The translations under genes and the position numbers were made by a program. 64,000 nt of DNA from Prasinococcaceae sp. CCMP 1430 (taxonomy: Eukaryota > Plantae > Prasinodermophyta): assembly GCA_013416795.1 (NCBI GenBank), contig RQSC01000010.1, positions 211,949 through 275,948 of the forward strand, given 5' to 3'. The notes below the pieces were generated by a model, which worked only from the letters and a program-made list of their open reading frames with translations, was not told where the DNA came from and searched no databases. This document shows positions 1-9,489 of the stretch, one piece after another (the first letter of the stretch is position 1; the number at the start of each line of letters is the position of its first letter).

Positions 1-206
1 ACGGCGGTGCCACGCCGCGCGCCGATTTGCCCAGGGTGAAATTGCCGCTGCGGGGTCCCCTCGCGAGTGGTGCGCTTGTGCGCTCCCACGGTCTCTCGCA
101 GTCGTTTACGACGGCGAGGGCGACCGGGGGCGACATTCTGACGGCCACGGAGCGCCATGCGGGGCGAGTGCAGCAGGGCGCGCGCGCGGTGCGAGGCTCG
201 GCGCAG

Positions 207-3200
207 ATGGTGCGCTCGACGAGCATGGAGCACACAAACACTGCCTTCGACAACGACTGCGACTCGATGGGCGATTGCGACGACGCGCAGGTTGTACTGG
301 GCGTGTGCGCGCTGAGCAAAAAGGCGCGCTCAAAGCAGATGACGAAGATCCTCGAGCGGCTCACCAACTTTGGCGAGTTCACGGTGAACATCTTTGGCGA
401 CGAAACCATCCTCGAGGAGCCCGTCGAAGCGTGGCCGATTTGCGACTGCCTCATCAGTTTCTTCTCGGAAGGGTTCCCGCTCGAGAAGGCCGAGGCGTAC
501 GCGAGGCTGCGCAGGCCCTTCCTGGTCAATGACCTGGCAATGCAGCACGACGTGTTGGATAGAAGGCGTGTGTACGGCGTCCTCAAGGGCGCTGGCATTC
601 CCGCACCGCCACACATTGTCGCGAGCCGCGACTCGCCCGACTGGGACGAGTCTGACTTTGAAGAGACCGAGGACTCGGTGCGCATCGGCGACGGCAAACG
701 CATCATGAAGCCCTTCGTGGAGAAGCCGGTGAGCGGTGAGGACCACAACGTGTACATATACTTCCCGCCGAGCGCCGGAGGCGGCTGCAAAAAGCTCTTC
801 CGCAAGAAGAACGACAGGTCGTCAGAGTACTTTCCCGACATCAACAGCGTGCGGCGCGACGGACAGAGCTACATCTACGAGGCGTTTTTGCCAACTGGCG
901 GCACGGACGTGAAAGTATATACACTGGGGCCATACTACGCGCACGCAGAGGCGCGCAAGTCGCCCGTCGTAGACGGCAGGGTACTGCGAACCGCCGATGG
1001 CAAGGAGGTGCGCTTTCCCGTCTTACTCAACCCCTTTGAAAAAGAGATAGCGCGCGCAGTCACCTTGGCTTTTGCGCAAATGGTGTGTGGATTCGACCTG
1101 CTGCGTTCGAATGGGCGATCGTACGTGTGCGACGTCAACGGCTGGTCATTCGTCAAGAGCTCCGACAAGTACTACGACGACGCGGCGGGCATTCTGCGGG
1201 CGATGATGCTAGCTGCGGTCGCGCCGCAGAAGCTGACACGCAGGCCATACCCGATCATGCCGCGCAACGGCTCGGACAACTCTATCGCGGGCGGTGGCGA
1301 CGGGTCCGCATCGGACGATGGGACATCCGCCACCGACGGAGGCGACGCCCCTGGTGGCGCGGTGGACGAGCTTCCAGGCAAGGGTAGCAAGCATCAAGAG
1401 CTGCGCTGCGTCCTTGCGGTGATTCGCCACGGCGATCGCACACCCAAGCAGAAGATGAAGATGACCACGCGCCATCCTAAGCTGCTCAAGCTGCTCAAGA
1501 GGCACGGAGGCAAGCGCGGCGAGGCGAAGCTCAAGGCCCCGCATCAGCTTGAGGAGCTCCTGGAGGTCGTGCACGAGCTGATCGCCGAGAAGCGCGCCAG
1601 GCAGTCCAACCGCAGGCGCGGAGACCCAGAGTCGGACTCGGACACCGGTGAGGACACCGACATGCCCATGCGAAAGCTGCAACACCTGTGCTTTGTGCTT
1701 GAGCAGGGTGGGCACTTCAGCGGCATCAATCGGAAAGTTCAGTTGAAGCCACTGAGCTGGTCGACCGAACCAGAGAGCGACTCGAGCTCCGCAGGGGACA
1801 ACGTGACCGCAGACGGGTCCAGCTCAGCGGCCCCGAGCACGCCGCGCAGCGGCGACACGCCACGTGCCGGCGCAAATGGCGGCGGGGATGCACCACGCGG
1901 GCGCTGCACGGAGGCGCTGCTCGTGCTAAAGCACGGCGGGGTGCTGACACCTAAGGGGCGCGCGCAGGCGGAGTTCGCTGGCCGCGCGTTCCGCAGCGCT
2001 ATGTACCCGACAGAAGGGCCCGATGGCGGAGGTCTCTTGCGCTTGCACTCGACGTACAGACACGACCTCAAGATCTATTCGTCCGACGAGGGGCGAGTTC
2101 AGATGAGCGCCGCTGCGTTCGTGCAGGGCCTGTTGGACCTCGAGGGCCGGTCGCTGACACCGATCCTGGTATCGCTGGTGAAGAAGGATGCCAGCATGCT
2201 CGATGCCTTTGGCAAGAGCACCTGCGAAAAGATCGCTGCGGCGAAGGCACTGCTGTATGACCATCTCACTCAAAGCAATGCGCCCGACGCAACAGGCGAG
2301 ACCTGGAGCCACTGCGATTGGCGCATGGAGAATGAAGCCAACAACGAGGGTCGCCGCGTGCCCCGACGCAGCTCGTTCTCTCACGTTGGCCCTGTGGACC
2401 GCCTTCCGCCGAACTCCGTCGAGTTGCTGCACCGTCTCGCATCGGAGCTGAACGCACTGGTGTCGTGCCTTGAGGTGCTCGAGGCGTCCGTTGAGAATCC
2501 ACACGGCACCGTGGCGTTTGGGGGCGCTGCAAGCGTGCCCGAGAGGGCGAGCATGCCTGCGCCGCAGGCTACCACCGCTGGTATGGATGCCGCGAGCTCC
2601 GACAACATCGCCATCGAGGCCAGCGACACCTCGCCCGGCCTCTTGGGAGACATGAGCAGCGACGCGCACGCAAGCGGTTCGCCCACCGGGCGTAGCCCCA
2701 TGCCCTTGCAGCGCAGCGGGGACAGCGGCCCCTTCTCTGACTATGATCGGAGTCGCAGGGGAGAGAGCCTGCTGCTGGTTCACACGCGCTGGTCGAAGCT
2801 ATACAACGACTTCTACTCAGAGAGGAAGGGCACTTTCAATCTGAGCAAGGTCCCCGACGTGTACGACATGTCGAGGTACGATCTCATGCACACCTCCGAC
2901 CTTTTCGACGACACATTCGTGGCGATCCTACGCAGGGTCCTGGCCACGGTCAAGGTGCTGGCGGATTGCGTCATACCGCATGAGTATGGAGTCACGCCGC
3001 CTCAGAAGCTGTCAATCGCGTCGGACATCTCGAAGCTCCTGATGGGGAAGCTGGTGGCAGATATGCTCAACACGCGCGGCGAGAGTCTGGCGATGACCAT
3101 GCCGCGAGCTCAGGCGAATGAGCGCGGAAGTGCGACCGAATTTGGCGATTTCGCTCCCACCGCGGATGCTACGTACGGGGAAGATTCGGGCGACATGGGT

Positions 3201-4073
3201 ACGCACAGCAATCCCGACGGAGCGGAGGGGGCGCGCTCTGACTCGTCGCTGCGGAAGATTCGCACCTCGTCGTCGCTCGGGACCTCACCGGGTACGGCCA
3301 TGGGAGTGTCGACCTCCGCCCAAGTGTCATCACAGCGCTCTCGCGGGCGCACGAGCAGCGCCACCCGACTCGCCGAGGCCGACGAGGAGGACGAGGAGCT
3401 GGACATCGATGATGGCCAAGATGACGTAGTGGAGAGTGGTGAGATAGGCGAGGACGATGCCACAGTCGACCACAGGCTCAACTTGAAGTATGCTGTCAAC
3501 ATCAGCACACCCGCGCGCCACGTCCGCTCGCGCATATACTTTACGTCGGAGTCGCACGTGCACGCGCTGGTCAACGTGCTGCGCTTCGCGGAGACCGAGG
3601 AGGGCGTGCCGCTGCTCACTCAAGAGGCGCGGCAGATACTCGCCGACACGGACCAGTTGGACTATCTCACCCACATCGTCTTCAGGCTGTTTGAGGACAT
3701 GGATGCGCCAATCAACGAACCCGGACGTTTCCGCCTACAGATCATGTTCAGCTCTGGCGCGGAGGGTCCGAGAGAGAGCGCCGGCGAGGACGACGAAATG
3801 CCGGATCCCGTGCGCCCTTTGGTTGAACTTCCACTGGAGAGCACAGAGGAGGGTGACTTCGTCAAGCATTTGGCCACGCTGGAGGACTTCATCAAGCTGG
3901 TCGAGCCCCACCAGACGCCGTGGAAGAACAAGCGGACCAAGGCACAATGGGCACGCGGGAAGCGCAGTCCTTCCTTCTACAATTTGTTTGGTGCAGGCTC
4001 GGGACGATATCCTACGAGCAGAGCCTTCATGCTCGATGCCAGCTTCTCACGCGCTGCCGGCGGGCGCTCCTAG
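207..4073 (+). CDS. PPIP5K: Bifunctional inositol hexakisphosphate/diphosphoinositol pentakisphosphate kinase-phosphatase (PPIP5K/VIP1/VIH family), nuclear
   Basis: ATP-grasp kinase motifs GVCALSKKARSK, SGEDHNVYIY, DVKVYT..AHAEARKSPVVDG and GFDLLRS...VCDVNGWSFVK. Histidine acid phosphatase motifs RHGDRTP, RHDLKIYSSDEGRVQ and FTSESHVH. The frame is open from a TTG at 27; the first ATG is at 207, so the true start is uncertain. Confidence 0.93.
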   Translation: MVRSTSMEHTNTAFDNDCDSMGDCDDAQVVLGVCALSKKARSKQMTKILERLTNFGEFTVNIFGDETILEEPVEAWPICDCLISFFSEGFPLEKAEAYARLRRPFLVNDLAMQHDVLDRRRVYGVLKGAGIPAPPHIVASRDSPDWDESDFEETEDSVRIGDGKRIMKPFVEKPVSGEDHNVYIYFPPSAGGGCKKLFRKKNDRSSEYFPDINSVRRDGQSYIYEAFLPTGGTDVKVYTLGPYYAHAEARKSPVVDGRVLRTADGKEVRFPVLLNPFEKEIARAVTLAFAQMVCGFDLLRSNGRSYVCDVNGWSFVKSSDKYYDDAAGILRAMMLAAVAPQKLTRRPYPIMPRNGSDNSIAGGGDGSASDDGTSATDGGDAPGGAVDELPGKGSKHQELRCVLAVIRHGDRTPKQKMKMTTRHPKLLKLLKRHGGKRGEAKLKAPHQLEELLEVVHELIAEKRARQSNRRRGDPESDSDTGEDTDMPMRKLQHLCFVLEQGGHFSGINRKVQLKPLSWSTEPESDSSSAGDNVTADGSSSAAPSTPRSGDTPRAGANGGGDAPRGRCTEALLVLKHGGVLTPKGRAQAEFAGRAFRSAMYPTEGPDGGGLLRLHSTYRHDLKIYSSDEGRVQMSAAAFVQGLLDLEGRSLTPILVSLVKKDASMLDAFGKSTCEKIAAAKALLYDHLTQSNAPDATGETWSHCDWRMENEANNEGRRVPRRSSFSHVGPVDRLPPNSVELLHRLASELNALVSCLEVLEASVENPHGTVAFGGAASVPERASMPAPQATTAGMDAASSDNIAIEASDTSPGLLGDMSSDAHASGSPTGRSPMPLQRSGDSGPFSDYDRSRRGESLLLVHTRWSKLYNDFYSERKGTFNLSKVPDVYDMSRYDLMHTSDLFDDTFVAILRRVLATVKVLADCVIPHEYGVTPPQKLSIASDISKLLMGKLVADMLNTRGESLAMTMPRAQANERGSATEFGDFAPTADATYGEDSGDMGTHSNPDGAEGARSDSSLRKIRTSSSLGTSPGTAMGVSTSAQVSSQRSRGRTSSATRLAEADEEDEELDIDDGQDDVVESGEIGEDDATVDHRLNLKYAVNISTPARHVRSRIYFTSESHVHALVNVLRFAETEEGVPLLTQEARQILADTDQLDYLTHIVFRLFEDMDAPINEPGRFRLQIMFSSGAEGPRESAGEDDEMPDPVRPLVELPLESTEEGDFVKHLATLEDFIKLVEPHQTPWKNKRTKAQWARGKRSPSFYNLFGAGSGRYPTSRAFMLDASFSRAAGGRS

Positions 4074-4129
4074 CTTCGCACTCGTCGCCCTGATGGTACA
4101 GTACATATTAATTATTATCGCCAGGCCCT

Positions 4130-5542
4130 TCAGAGCCCGTTCGAGCGCTCGGGCCCGTCCGAGCGATGGCGCTTGTGTTTTGTGTGAGAGTTCCCCTCGC
4201 TTGGGCCCTCATGGTCGTCCCACAGGAGATAGCGGATGAGCGGGGTGAGCACCGCCACACTTAGGCTGTTGCCAAGAAGAGCATACCGCTGCTTCAGTGT
4301 CACCCTATCGGGGAAGCCAAACGAGGGCGGGAAGGAGTGCAAGCTGGCCACCTCACGCGGCGTGAAGTAGCGCGCGCGCAGCGCGATCAGGTCGGCAACC
4401 GTTTGCTCCGCCATTTCCGACCTGCTGCCTACGGTGGGGTACACGCTTGCATCGACTGGTCCCTCCACGCGGCTCCACGCGTGGTCTCCCCAGCGGACGT
4501 CGTGGCGGCTGCCGCGAGTCACAAGCACCGAGCCTGTGCCCTTGGCATACTTGTAGTAGTTTTTGGTGAAGCAGCACGTCTTGGTGTCATCGGCGTCTAC
4601 CAGATCGATCACCACACCATGCTTGCGCAGCGTCGCTTCGCTCACGTACGTGAAGTCGGACGCGATGGGCGCGTCCCCATTCTCCAGGTAGTCAGACAGC
4701 GGTCGCACCCGCATGCCATCCGCGTCTATGCCGGCGCCAGCCGCATCACCAGCCCGCACACCGCCGAGCGTATGCCACGGCGGCTGCGGCGGCGGGCCCG
4801 ACTGCCAAACGCCGAACGCGTGCTCCCCCTCCTCTGCGTGCCCGGCCGCCTCTGGCTCTGCCTCCGCCTGGACTTGCTTCTGCGCGTACGCGTGCGCGCA
4901 CGGGTGCGCAGCAAAGGCGTGTCCCTTTGCCACGCGCTTCGCGAGGACGAAGTAACGCGGGCGCGAGTATGGGACGCCAACCTCGAGCGGGCTGAGCATA
5001 GCACCCTGCGCGGCGTAGCCCGTGTCGCGCAGGGCGGAGAGCAGCGCGGCGTGCGTCTCGCTCGTTTCGAAGCCGCACACGTTCTCGACCAGGATGTGCG
5101 TGGGCGGAGCCTTCATCTCGCGGAGCCTCTCCAGGAGGTCAAGGAAGCTTGCTGCGCGCCCATCGGCCGTGTCGCGTTTGAGACCTTGGCGCGTGTAGGG
5201 CTGGCAGGGAGGCGACATGAGCCACAAGGATGCGCCCAGCGCATCAAGCTGCTGCGCGCTGAGGGCCTGCACGTTGCCCTCCTTCGGCCGCTCGCCGAAG
5301 TTGTGCGCGTACGTTTCGCACGCGTGCGGGTTGAGGTCAAATGCGCGCACGCGCACGCGCGGTCTCGCCGGCGCGCTGCAGCTCCCACTCCCGCCTTGTA
5401 CGCCGCTCTCGGGCGGCAGCGCGTCGAGCAGCGCGTAGTGCAGGCCGCCGACGCCGCAGTAGAACTCGGCCGCCGTCAGCAACGTCTCGTCGCTGCCGCC
5501 GCCGCCGCCGCCGCTGCCGTCATCCCCTCGTCCACGACCCAT
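4130..5542 (-). CDS. DNMT2: DNMT2/TRDMT1 tRNA (cytosine-38-C5)-methyltransferase, nuclear
   Basis: C5-MTase motifs in order: EFYCGVGG (I), SPPCQPYTRQG (IV), ENV (VI), SRPRYF (VIII), RYFTPREVASLHSFP (IX), LLGNSLSV (X). Also the DNMT2-diagnostic CFTKNYYKY..GTGS. Confidence 0.93.
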   Translation of the reverse strand: MGRGRGDDGSGGGGGGSDETLLTAAEFYCGVGGLHYALLDALPPESGVQGGSGSCSAPARPRVRVRAFDLNPHACETYAHNFGERPKEGNVQALSAQQLDALGASLWLMSPPCQPYTRQGLKRDTADGRAASFLDLLERLREMKAPPTHILVENVCGFETSETHAALLSALRDTGYAAQGAMLSPLEVGVPYSRPRYFVLAKRVAKGHAFAAHPCAHAYAQKQVQAEAEPEAAGHAEEGEHAFGVWQSGPPPQPPWHTLGGVRAGDAAGAGIDADGMRVRPLSDYLENGDAPIASDFTYVSEATLRKHGVVIDLVDADDTKTCCFTKNYYKYAKGTGSVLVTRGSRHDVRWGDHAWSRVEGPVDASVYPTVGSRSEMAEQTVADLIALRARYFTPREVASLHSFPPSFGFPDRVTLKQRYALLGNSLSVAVLTPLIRYLLWDDHEGPSEGNSHTKHKRHRSDGPERSNGL

Positions 5543-6172
5543 GCCACCTCACCAACCGCACTCAACCCTCGCCCCCCCGCCCGCGCGCGCGCCCGCACGC
5601 GCTGTGACCCCCTACGCCCTTGGCGCCCTCCCCTCCCACCCACCCACCCTCACTCCGCCCGCCCATGCGGCGTGTGGGGCGCGCTGCCGCCGCGCTGGTG
5701 GCGCGGCTGCCGGCGGCCGCGCGGCGTCACACGTCACGTGCGCACATCAAACTGCACTGGGACTGTCCGTGCGCGCGGGGATGCCTCCCAACACACCGCA
5801 CAATCAAAAAAGCATTTAAGCGAAGCCCTAATCATAAACCTCAAACATGCTAGTACCACAAGGAACAAAGCTCAAACAGATGACACCCTCTTACAACGCA
5901 GAACCTGAACCCCCCGCGCCCGTGCCAGCCCAGCCAGCGGCAGCGCCCGCGTTGGGCCACGCGCGCTCCACCCGCCAGGCAGAGCGCTGTCTGGGTGCCT
6001 GGCTGTCTGGCTGGCTGTGGGCTGCTCGCGCGAGGGGCCGATGGGCGGCGCGCCGGCGGGCCCAGCCGCGGATGGGATGCGGCCGCGGTGGCGCGCGTAT
6101 TTTAGATAACTCAACCATTATTTTTCATTCTTACCTTGTAGCTATATAAAACTTAAAATTTTTAAGGTTTTA

Positions 6173-6181
6173 TGGTATACT
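6173..6181 (+). promoter_or_regulatory. Extended -10 promoter (TGgTATACT) for trnS
   Basis: TGnTATACT ending 13 nt upstream of the tRNA. Confidence 0.55.
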
Positions 6182-6194
6182 ACGAAGTGAAAAT

Positions 6195-6281
6195 GGAAAG
6201 ATGGCTGAGTGGTCGAAAGCGGCGGATTGCTAATCCGTTGTATGTTTTTGCATACCGGGGGTTCGAATCCCCCTCTTTCCG
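6195..6281 (+). tRNA. trnS: tRNA-Ser(GCU)
   Basis: GGAAAGA/TCTTTCC acceptor stem, anticodon loop with GCT, long variable arm, GGTTCGAATCC T-arm. Confidence 0.95.
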
Positions 6282-6347
6282 TTGTCATTAGCTAATTTTT
6301 TTCTTATATTTTTAGAGTTTAATATATTTTTTCGAACAATAAAACTT

Positions 6348-6437
6348 ATGGATTTAATTGGTATTTCATGGGCCTTTCTTATGGTTATGTTTACATTTTC
6401 GCTATCATTAGTAGTATGGGGACGTAGTGGCCTGTAA
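6348..6437 (+). CDS. petN: Cytochrome b6f subunit PetN
   Basis: Hand translation [29 protein letters not shown]. Confidence 0.95.
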   Translation: MDLIGISWAFLMVMFTFSLSLVVWGRSGL

Positions 6438-6559
6438 GGCTTACGTTCTTAGTATTTCTAAAATAATGAAAACAAAAAACTCTTTTCCATAAGGAAATTG
6501 GCTTTTAATTTAAAATTTCTTTAGTAATAAAGAAAAATTTTCCTTCCTACAAAAATTTT

Positions 6560-6661
6560 ATGAATATTGAAATTATTGGAAATTTAATTAGTATTCTACT
6601 TATTGCTGGTGCAGGACCAGCAATTGTTGCCATTTTAGCATTTAACAAAGGTAACCTATAA
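6560..6661 (+). CDS. ycf12: Photosystem II protein Psb30/Ycf12
   Basis: Hand translation MNIEIIGNLISILLIAGAGPAIVAILAFNKGNL (AGP..GNL pattern). Confidence 0.9.
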   Translation: MNIEIIGNLISILLIAGAGPAIVAILAFNKGNL

Positions 6662-6735
6662 GTATTTTTATTTCTTATTTAAAGTATTTCGTTTAGAAAT
6701 TTTTAATTCTATTGTTTATTCTTAGGAGAATACAA

Positions 6736-6834
6736 ATGGGTATTTCAGACAGTCAAGTTTTTACAGCTATGCTTCTTGCACTTGCTACAGGAGTTCTAGC
6801 TTTACAACTAGGTAATGAACTTTACAAGGCTTAA
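6736..6834 (+). CDS. psaM: Photosystem I subunit XII
   Basis: Hand translation [32 protein letters not shown]; AGGAG SD upstream. Confidence 0.92.
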   Translation: MGISDSQVFTAMLLALATGVLALQLGNELYKA

Positions 6835-6842
6835 AATCTTAT

Positions 6843-6890
6843 ATTATTGTTTAATTCATTTCTGATAAAGAGAATGAATTAAACAATAAT
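6843..6890. terminator. Inverted-repeat hairpin 3' of psaM
   Basis: ATTATTGTTTAATTCATT / AATGAATTAAACAATAAT, 18-bp perfect arms. Confidence 0.7.
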
Positions 6891-6941
6891 TAATAATTTA
6901 CATTCAAAAATTTACAAAACTATGTTATAATAAAGTTATAT

Positions 6942-7013
6942 GCGGGTATAACTCAGTGGTAGAGTGAGACCTTGCCAAGGTCTAAGTCGCGCGTTCGAAT
7001 CGCGTTACCCGCT
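6942..7013 (+). tRNA. trnG: tRNA-Gly(GCC)
   Basis: GCGGGTA/TACCCGC acceptor stem, GCC anticodon; preceded by TGtTATAAT at 6923-6931. Confidence 0.95.
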
Positions 7014-7037
7014 TTTTTAGAATAAAAAATTTTATTA

Positions 7038-7081
7038 ATTATTAATTAAAGGAATGTTAAATCAGTCCTTTAATTAATAAT
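7038..7081. terminator. Hairpin between convergent trnG and clpP
   Basis: ATTATTAATTAAAGGA / TCCTTTAATTAATAAT, 16-bp arms. Confidence 0.7.
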
Positions 7082-7086
7082 TTAAA

Positions 7087-7707
7087 TTAATTCATTGAAT
7101 TATAAACAACTTGCTCATTTTCTTGTTGAACAACATTATCAATTAAACCATATTGACGAGCATCAGCTGCTGATAAATAACGGTCACGGTCCATATCACG
7201 AGCTACAACTGCTAGTGATTGCCCTGTACGTTTTGCATATAGACGACCTACTTGTTGACGTAAACGTAATACTTCTAAGGCTTCTAACTTTACATTACTT
7301 GCTTGCCCTTGTGAACCACCTAATGGCTGGTGAATCATAATACGTGCATGTTGTAGGGCAATACGTTGACCTAATGTTCCACCAACTAATACAAAGGAAG
7401 CCATTGAAGAAGCACAACCAACACAAATGGTTGTAACATTTGCTTGAATATGTTGCATTGTATCATAAATAGCTAATCCAGCATTTACATAACCACCAGG
7501 TGAATTAATATACATGTATAATTCTTTAGATTCATCTTCAGAATTTAAATATAACATAATTCCAATTAATTGATTAGCTAATTCATCATCAATTACTTGT
7601 CCTAAAAATAAAATACGTTCACGATATAAACGATTATAAATATCTACCCATTGAGCAGTTGGCTCACCAGGTAAACGATATGGTACTCGAGGTACTCCAA
7701 TTGGCAT
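7087..7707 (-). CDS. clpP: ATP-dependent Clp protease proteolytic subunit
   Basis: MPIGVPRVP start, YINSPGG, catalytic Ser (ASSMAS), His (MIHQP) and Asp (DRDRY). Confidence 0.97.
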   Translation of the reverse strand: MPIGVPRVPYRLPGEPTAQWVDIYNRLYRERILFLGQVIDDELANQLIGIMLYLNSEDESKELYMYINSPGGYVNAGLAIYDTMQHIQANVTTICVGCASSMASFVLVGGTLGQRIALQHARIMIHQPLGGSQGQASNVKLEALEVLRLRQQVGRLYAKRTGQSLAVVARDMDRDRYLSAADARQYGLIDNVVQQENEQVVYNSMN

Positions 7708-7737
7708 ATCAATTCTCCTTAAAAATACATTTTTAAT

Positions 7738-8256
7738 TTATTGTAGTGGGACTTGGATAAAATAAGCAATTTGAGTTGCATATGATTCTAATTCATCCAA
7801 AGTTAAAGTTTGATTTGGTTGTAATAATGGGATTTTTCGACCATTTTCATATTGTAATGTAATTCCATCTTGAAAAAAGAAGGAATTCGTTGTTTGAATT
7901 GAAATTGATTGAATCTCAGAAAATGGGATTTCAATATCAATTCGACGGTTTTTCCCAGGAAATCCCCAACGTACAATGCGAACTGTTTTTGTTGCCTTAT
8001 TATATTCATTATAACCAGCACCAACATTCCAAAAAATGGAACATATTAAATAGATACAAGTATACAAAGCAATATACCCATATAGTCCCATGACTGCTTT
8101 TTGTGAAAAAGCAATTTCAAGTTCACTAGTTGTTGGAAAAGGGTTTGATTGAACAAAACCTAGACCACCAATAAATAAGATTACCGCCCAAAAATAATTA
8201 TCAGTTTTGCGGGTCCCAATAATCCAATCTCTACGAATTTCGATTTGTTCAGCCAT
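7738..8256 (-). CDS. ycf4: Photosystem I assembly protein Ycf4
   Basis: GTRK.DNYFWA, WNVGAGYNEY, RWGFPGKNRRI and LE..A..IA.F..VPL motifs. Confidence 0.93.
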   Translation of the reverse strand: MAEQIEIRRDWIIGTRKTDNYFWAVILFIGGLGFVQSNPFPTTSELEIAFSQKAVMGLYGYIALYTCIYLICSIFWNVGAGYNEYNKATKTVRIVRWGFPGKNRRIDIEIPFSEIQSISIQTTNSFFFQDGITLQYENGRKIPLLQPNQTLTLDELESYATQIAYFIQVPLQ

Positions 8257-8289
8257 GCTAAATAAGTGTTTTAATTAAGTACAAAGATT

Positions 8290-9183
8290 TTATACTGAAA
8301 GCTTTTCTTTTACCGGTAAGGTGTACATTTCAAAAATTTCTGCTAATGCCTGTTTTATTAGTAAACGAGGAATAATTAAATCAACTAGACCATGTTGTAA
8401 TAAATATTCAGCAGTTTGGAAATTTTTTGGTAATTGTTCTTGAAGTGTTTGTTCAATAACACGACGGCCAGCAAAACCAATTAATGCTTTTGGTTCCGCA
8501 ATGATCATATCCCCTAACATTGCAAAACTTGCTGTTACCCCACCTGTTGTTGGGTAAGTTAAAATTGGAATATATAAATTCTTTGTTAATTCTTTATGGC
8601 GATGTAATGCAGAAGAAATTTTAGCCATTTGCATTAAACTAAAAATTCCCTCTTGCATGCGTGCTCCCCCTGATGCACAAACAATAACAATAGGTAAATT
8701 CTTTTCAGTTGCATATTCAATTAAACGAGTGATCTTTTCACCCACAACTGATCCCATACTACCTCCCATAAAAGCAAAATCCATTGTGCCTAAAACAAAC
8801 GTATGACCATTCACTTTTCCTAAACCTGTTTGAATAGCATCTTTTAATCCAGTTGTATTTTGTGCATCTACTAAGCGTTCAGCATATGCACGTTTATCTT
8901 TAAAGGATAATGGGTCAGTAGGTGTTAATTCTGTAAATAATGGAATCCATGTTCCTTCGTCAACTAAACATTGAATACGGTCCGTACTATTCATACGTAA
9001 ATGATAACCACACGTTGTACAGACATGTTGATTTTCTTTTAAATGTTTAATATATAAAACACTATTACATGAATCACATTGAGTCCATAAACCTTTACTT
9101 CCATCATTTTTTGATTGAAAACGACTTTTATTTGTCGATTCCTTAATACGACGTCTATCGTCAAACCAATCTAATAAAGACAT
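8290..9183 (-). CDS. accD: Acetyl-CoA carboxylase carboxyltransferase beta subunit
   Basis: C4 zinc finger WTQCDSC...CTTC; [37 protein letters not shown]. Confidence 0.97.
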   Translation of the reverse strand: MSLLDWFDDRRRIKESTNKSRFQSKNDGSKGLWTQCDSCNSVLYIKHLKENQHVCTTCGYHLRMNSTDRIQCLVDEGTWIPLFTELTPTDPLSFKDKRAYAERLVDAQNTTGLKDAIQTGLGKVNGHTFVLGTMDFAFMGGSMGSVVGEKITRLIEYATEKNLPIVIVCASGGARMQEGIFSLMQMAKISSALHRHKELTKNLYIPILTYPTTGGVTASFAMLGDMIIAEPKALIGFAGRRVIEQTLQEQLPKNFQTAEYLLQHGLVDLIIPRLLIKQALAEIFEMYTLPVKEKLSV

Positions 9184-9489
9184 TATTGTACTCCTTTATT
9201 TTATAACAGTAAGAATCTTATAATAAAGTTTAATAATATTATAACTTTAAATCCTTATATTGTGTCTAAAATTAGGTGGTGAAGATTATTTGCGCCTTCC
9301 GTACCTAAAAATAGTTAGTACTAATAATAATACCTGAAATACTCACTAAATATGACAATTTTTATATATTTTTACCGATAAAATTATGTTAACCTTTATA
9401 GAGAAGGTTCATGTCTTATTTATTCTTTACTGAATTTAAAAATAAGTATACCTGATAAAAAACTTGTTATTTTTCATCTGTACCATTCT

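Noticed and set aside
3541-3570. PPIP5K second phosphatase motif reads His-Val rather than His-Asp
   Set aside because: A non-acidic residue after this His is typical of the PPIP5K/Asp1 family, so it is not evidence of inactivation.
5821-5845. CCCTAA/TAAACC resembling a telomere repeat or telomerase RNA template
   Set aside because: Single imperfect unit, no array, and no TATA/USE or T-run terminator on the C-rich strand.
106-5908. Many long alternative-frame and antisense ORFs over PPIP5K and DNMT2, including the 523-aa ORF at 4337-5908
   Set aside because: Expected by-product of high GC and stop-codon scarcity; Arg/Ala/Pro-rich with no recognisable motifs and fully overlapping well-supported genes.
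6040-6100. NotI/SacII/AscI/BssHII sites next to the junction suggesting cloning-vector sequence
   Set aside because: Such GC-only sites occur elsewhere in this GC-rich DNA (for example another NotI site upstream of DNMT2), and there is no polylinker order or T7/T3 promoter.
5847-6149. ORFs crossing the nuclear-plastid junction (5847-6149 plus, 5891-6118 minus) as chimeric genes
   Set aside because: Short, no motifs, and they exist only because of a junction that may be artefactual.
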